Origin: the human T2T-CHM13v2.0 reference genome, Homo sapiens
NCBI RefSeq assembly: GCF_009914755.1
Contig: NC_060925.1
Length of the DNA: 64,000 nt
Direction: 5' to 3' (one strand)
How positions within the stretch are numbered: the first letter of the stretch is position 1; the number at the start of each line of letters is the position of its first letter. This document shows positions 61,000 to 64,000 of this stretch, one piece after another. The notes under the pieces are model-generated. The model searched no databases. It was not told the DNA's origin and saw only the letters and a program-made list of their open reading frames with translations. Position numbers and translations under genes: made by a program.

Positions 61000-63853
61000 T
61001 TCAAAAAAGTTGATAGTGTGAAACACAATTCCAGGTTACACAGAAGTTATTTATTTTGGCAAAAGGATGTCTCAGAAATTTTAAAACTAGGCAACAACCT
61101 TTACTCATTAAGAGGGAAGACTTAGCTTTCCAAACAGTCTGTCTCCTGTCTACTCTTTTCTCTCCTTGGCAGTCTACCAACAAGGCAAACCAAATATTTC
61201 ATTATTCTTCTCTATTACATGAAAAATCTGTACAAGGGAAAGAAAACCAAATTTTACCCTTACATTGGTTTCAAAACATTCCTTTTTCCATAGGCAACGT
61301 TTACATTTTTATGCCTTTTTATAATCTTTTATGACAAACACATTTTACTGTTTTTACACACATTTTACACACTTTGCATGTAAATTTATTTTTAGTTGTC
61401 TTATTTACATGTTTTAATGGTAAATCTTAACTTTGCCATTTTAGTTAAAATGGTAACTTTAATGTAAAACCTGGTAAGTTTTTTCAATTATGTACTAGAT
61501 GCAGATAAAGTCTGACTTTTTCCATCCTAGTTAGGGGCATGGTTAATTTCATATGTCCCCAGGCCTTATCAAGTTGTAAAGTAGGCAGTATACAACCTTG
61601 AAACATTTAGCAAACCTGGTATCTAACTTATATGATTTAAACCTCCTATTTACGTGTTGATGATATTTGCATTTTCCAATTTGATCTTTAAAACAATTTT
61701 TATTTCTTAGAGATGAAAGTCACATAAACTAAAAGGCATTGCAGTTTTAACTTTCCTCTAAAATGTTTGATTTAAGTGCATATTTTTATTTCAGGCAATC
61801 AGTTATAGCTCGTTACAGACATCACACACAACACATATATCATTACACAGACAAACAGAAGCAGATCCAGTAGTTCTAAGATTTCTTCCTGTCCCACTTC
61901 CTAATTGAATTATTGGCTTCCCAGTAGAGCCCTTTAAGAGCAGGGATAGAAAAACCATGAAGTTTCTAGGGCCTAATCAACTTGTATAGCTGTAAGACAA
62001 AAGCAGATTTTGAGTGGGATCTATCAGCCTCTAAATTCTGGGATTCCATCAGGAAAACAGAGGTTTCTCCCAAAATGGAATCCACTGTGCCTTTTCTGTT
62101 TTTCCCAAAAAGTTTCAGGCCACCAGACATTACCTTGGGTGCATCAAGAGTGGAAAGACAGAGCGGAGGACAGTAATTCAGCCAACAGAAAAATTCTTTT
62201 CAAGAAAAACACAATCCAAGAAGAGAAAAACATACGGGCCTTTTAAATATACCTATAACTTGAATATCCACTTTTAATCAAGCTGAGCACTCTTTCAGAA
62301 ATTCCTTTGAAATCTTCTGTTACCTGACTTTAGCTAAATCAAGCAGGTAATATTTCTGGCTTTTGAACTTTACTAAAAGTAACATCACAGGTGAAAACAA
62401 CAACTCTCAATCAGGTTATAAGTTAACTGTGAGTATTCAAGATATTTTATAAGTGGTGGTAAGCAGCTTTTACTAGATCTAGAAACTTTAAAGGCAATTT
62501 AGAGAAAGGAAGATTTCAGAAAGGAAATTAGAGTTGTTCATGGAGGAGGAAGAGATGATTAAAGGTCATACAGCTATTAAATTGAAAGTATTCATCACCC
62601 AAGCTAGGATTGAACCTGGGCCACCATTGTAAAATGGCAATGGCTAAAAAAGTCCTGCCACAAGGTTACAGGTTATGCTCAAGACATAAAACAAGATAGA
62701 GGCATGCAGCAAAGTTTGTTACTTACCAGTTTATGTGGGTGACTTGAATAGTGAGCTTATGGAGTCCCAGGCCTGGATTCCATTCCAACGTATTCCAACC
62801 CGTTCCAAGATGGGTTGTTACCCATGCAGAAAACGGGGGGAATATAAGGTGTCCCTTAGTCTCCTTTCTCCTTTTGAAGTGACCCAGGATGAAGCAAAAG
62901 ATTACAGGGGTGTCCCTGTTCTCCTCTTTCCTCCCATCTCCTTTGGGTCCCGGTAACCATCATAGGTGCTGTCCATGGATGAAAGCATGAATTGCACCCA
63001 TGGATGTGGAGGTGCTAGCTGGCAGGAGTAGTCATTTTTACCAGCACAATGCCTCCTCACACTGCTCTTCTGGGTTCCTAGGCCTCCCAGGAGATTCTAC
63101 AGTAGATAAAGTTGGGTGAGACACTTTAATAGAGGGAGTGTTTTAACCCTATTCCTGCCTCCTCTAGTTATGGACCTGGAAAAGCAGTGCATTCCCAGAA
63201 AATTTTATCCATTGACATTTAAATATAAAATCCCCTTTCTGTTTAAATGCCAATGTGGTTGGAAGCAGAACAGGTGTCTCAAAAGAACATATAGATTTAA
63301 TGGCTGTCCTCCTTCTGATGGAAACAGCACTAAGGCTAGAATTTGTCTCTCAAGGGTGGCTTCCTCCCAACTGTTGAATGCGGAGTTTTTTTCCTTAGAA
63401 ATGGGGCATAGGGTCTGCTTGCTGTTAGAGGAACACAAAAGAGGAAGAAATCTGGGCATTAGAATTTTTTGGCGAACGGCCACCAAGAATTTTTACGGAG
63501 AAAAATAGCCTATCTCATGAAGTGGTGCTGTAGGGTCTGAAAAGTTATGTAAAATCTGTGACTCTAAATTTTTTCCAGGAAGAAGTTAGAAAGAGAGGTT
63601 TGGGGTTTAACAGGCTGTCACTGTATATGCCTCCCAGCAGTAGAAAATTAACTTGTCTCATTAATAAACTGTTCAAATTCATTCAGCAGTGCTGAGCTTT
63701 TACATGAAGGAAAAGCAACTGAAATGGAGAGGGATGAGGGTATTCACTTGGGGTGAAATATCTTCTCATAGAGTGCCATGAATGACTGCTATTGCGGGAC
63801 AAGAAGCACTTACTAGGTGAAGGTTTAGACTGAAATCTTGAAATCCCCTGGTA
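61000..63853 (-). mobile_element. Paralogous class I ERV internal region downstream of AMYP1
   Basis: Colinear with 5650-8884 and continues past the 8884 break like 24821-25105; lacks the ~0.7 kb gag-containing segment. Confidence 0.8.
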
Positions 63854-64000
63854 TTTTGTGTGTCTGATTACCTTTCCAAAGGAATAAAATCAGATATGTA
63901 TCCATCTCAGTGAGCAGAGGGGTGACTTTGAGTAGAATGGGAGGAAGGTTTGTTCTAAGTAGTTTCCCGCTTGCATTTTCCCCAGTGATTTCAGGGGCCC

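Overview
This window is eukaryotic, repeat-rich DNA, recognisable as the human amylase cluster (chr1p21.1). It contains: (1) the 3' half of a salivary amylase gene on + (exons 5-10, 419-5528; AMY1A by reference gene order); (2) a complete salivary amylase gene on - (CDS 28461-36649; AMY1B by order), whose upstream region is a gamma-actin processed-pseudogene 3'UTR interrupted by a two-LTR HERV-E provirus (37455-45295); (3) a 5'-truncated AMY2A-type pseudogene on + (AMYP1, exons 4-10, 54733-60881). Positions 1-8884 and 25105-33988 form a near-perfect inverted repeat. I found no new gene family or prokaryote-style system. The most informative structure is a rearrangement scar. An orphan AMY2A-type exon 3 (9079-9276, -) ends in intron 3 within 2 nt of where AMYP1 begins at 54485, so the ~45.6 kb block carrying AMY1B looks like an inversion that split one AMY2A copy. 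A 36-nt piece of the L1 broken at the right breakpoint reappears about 590 bp later inside AMYP1 intron 4, a template-switching signature. Paralog names and repeat subfamilies come from recognition, not a database search, and I cannot confirm whether these junction details are already published.
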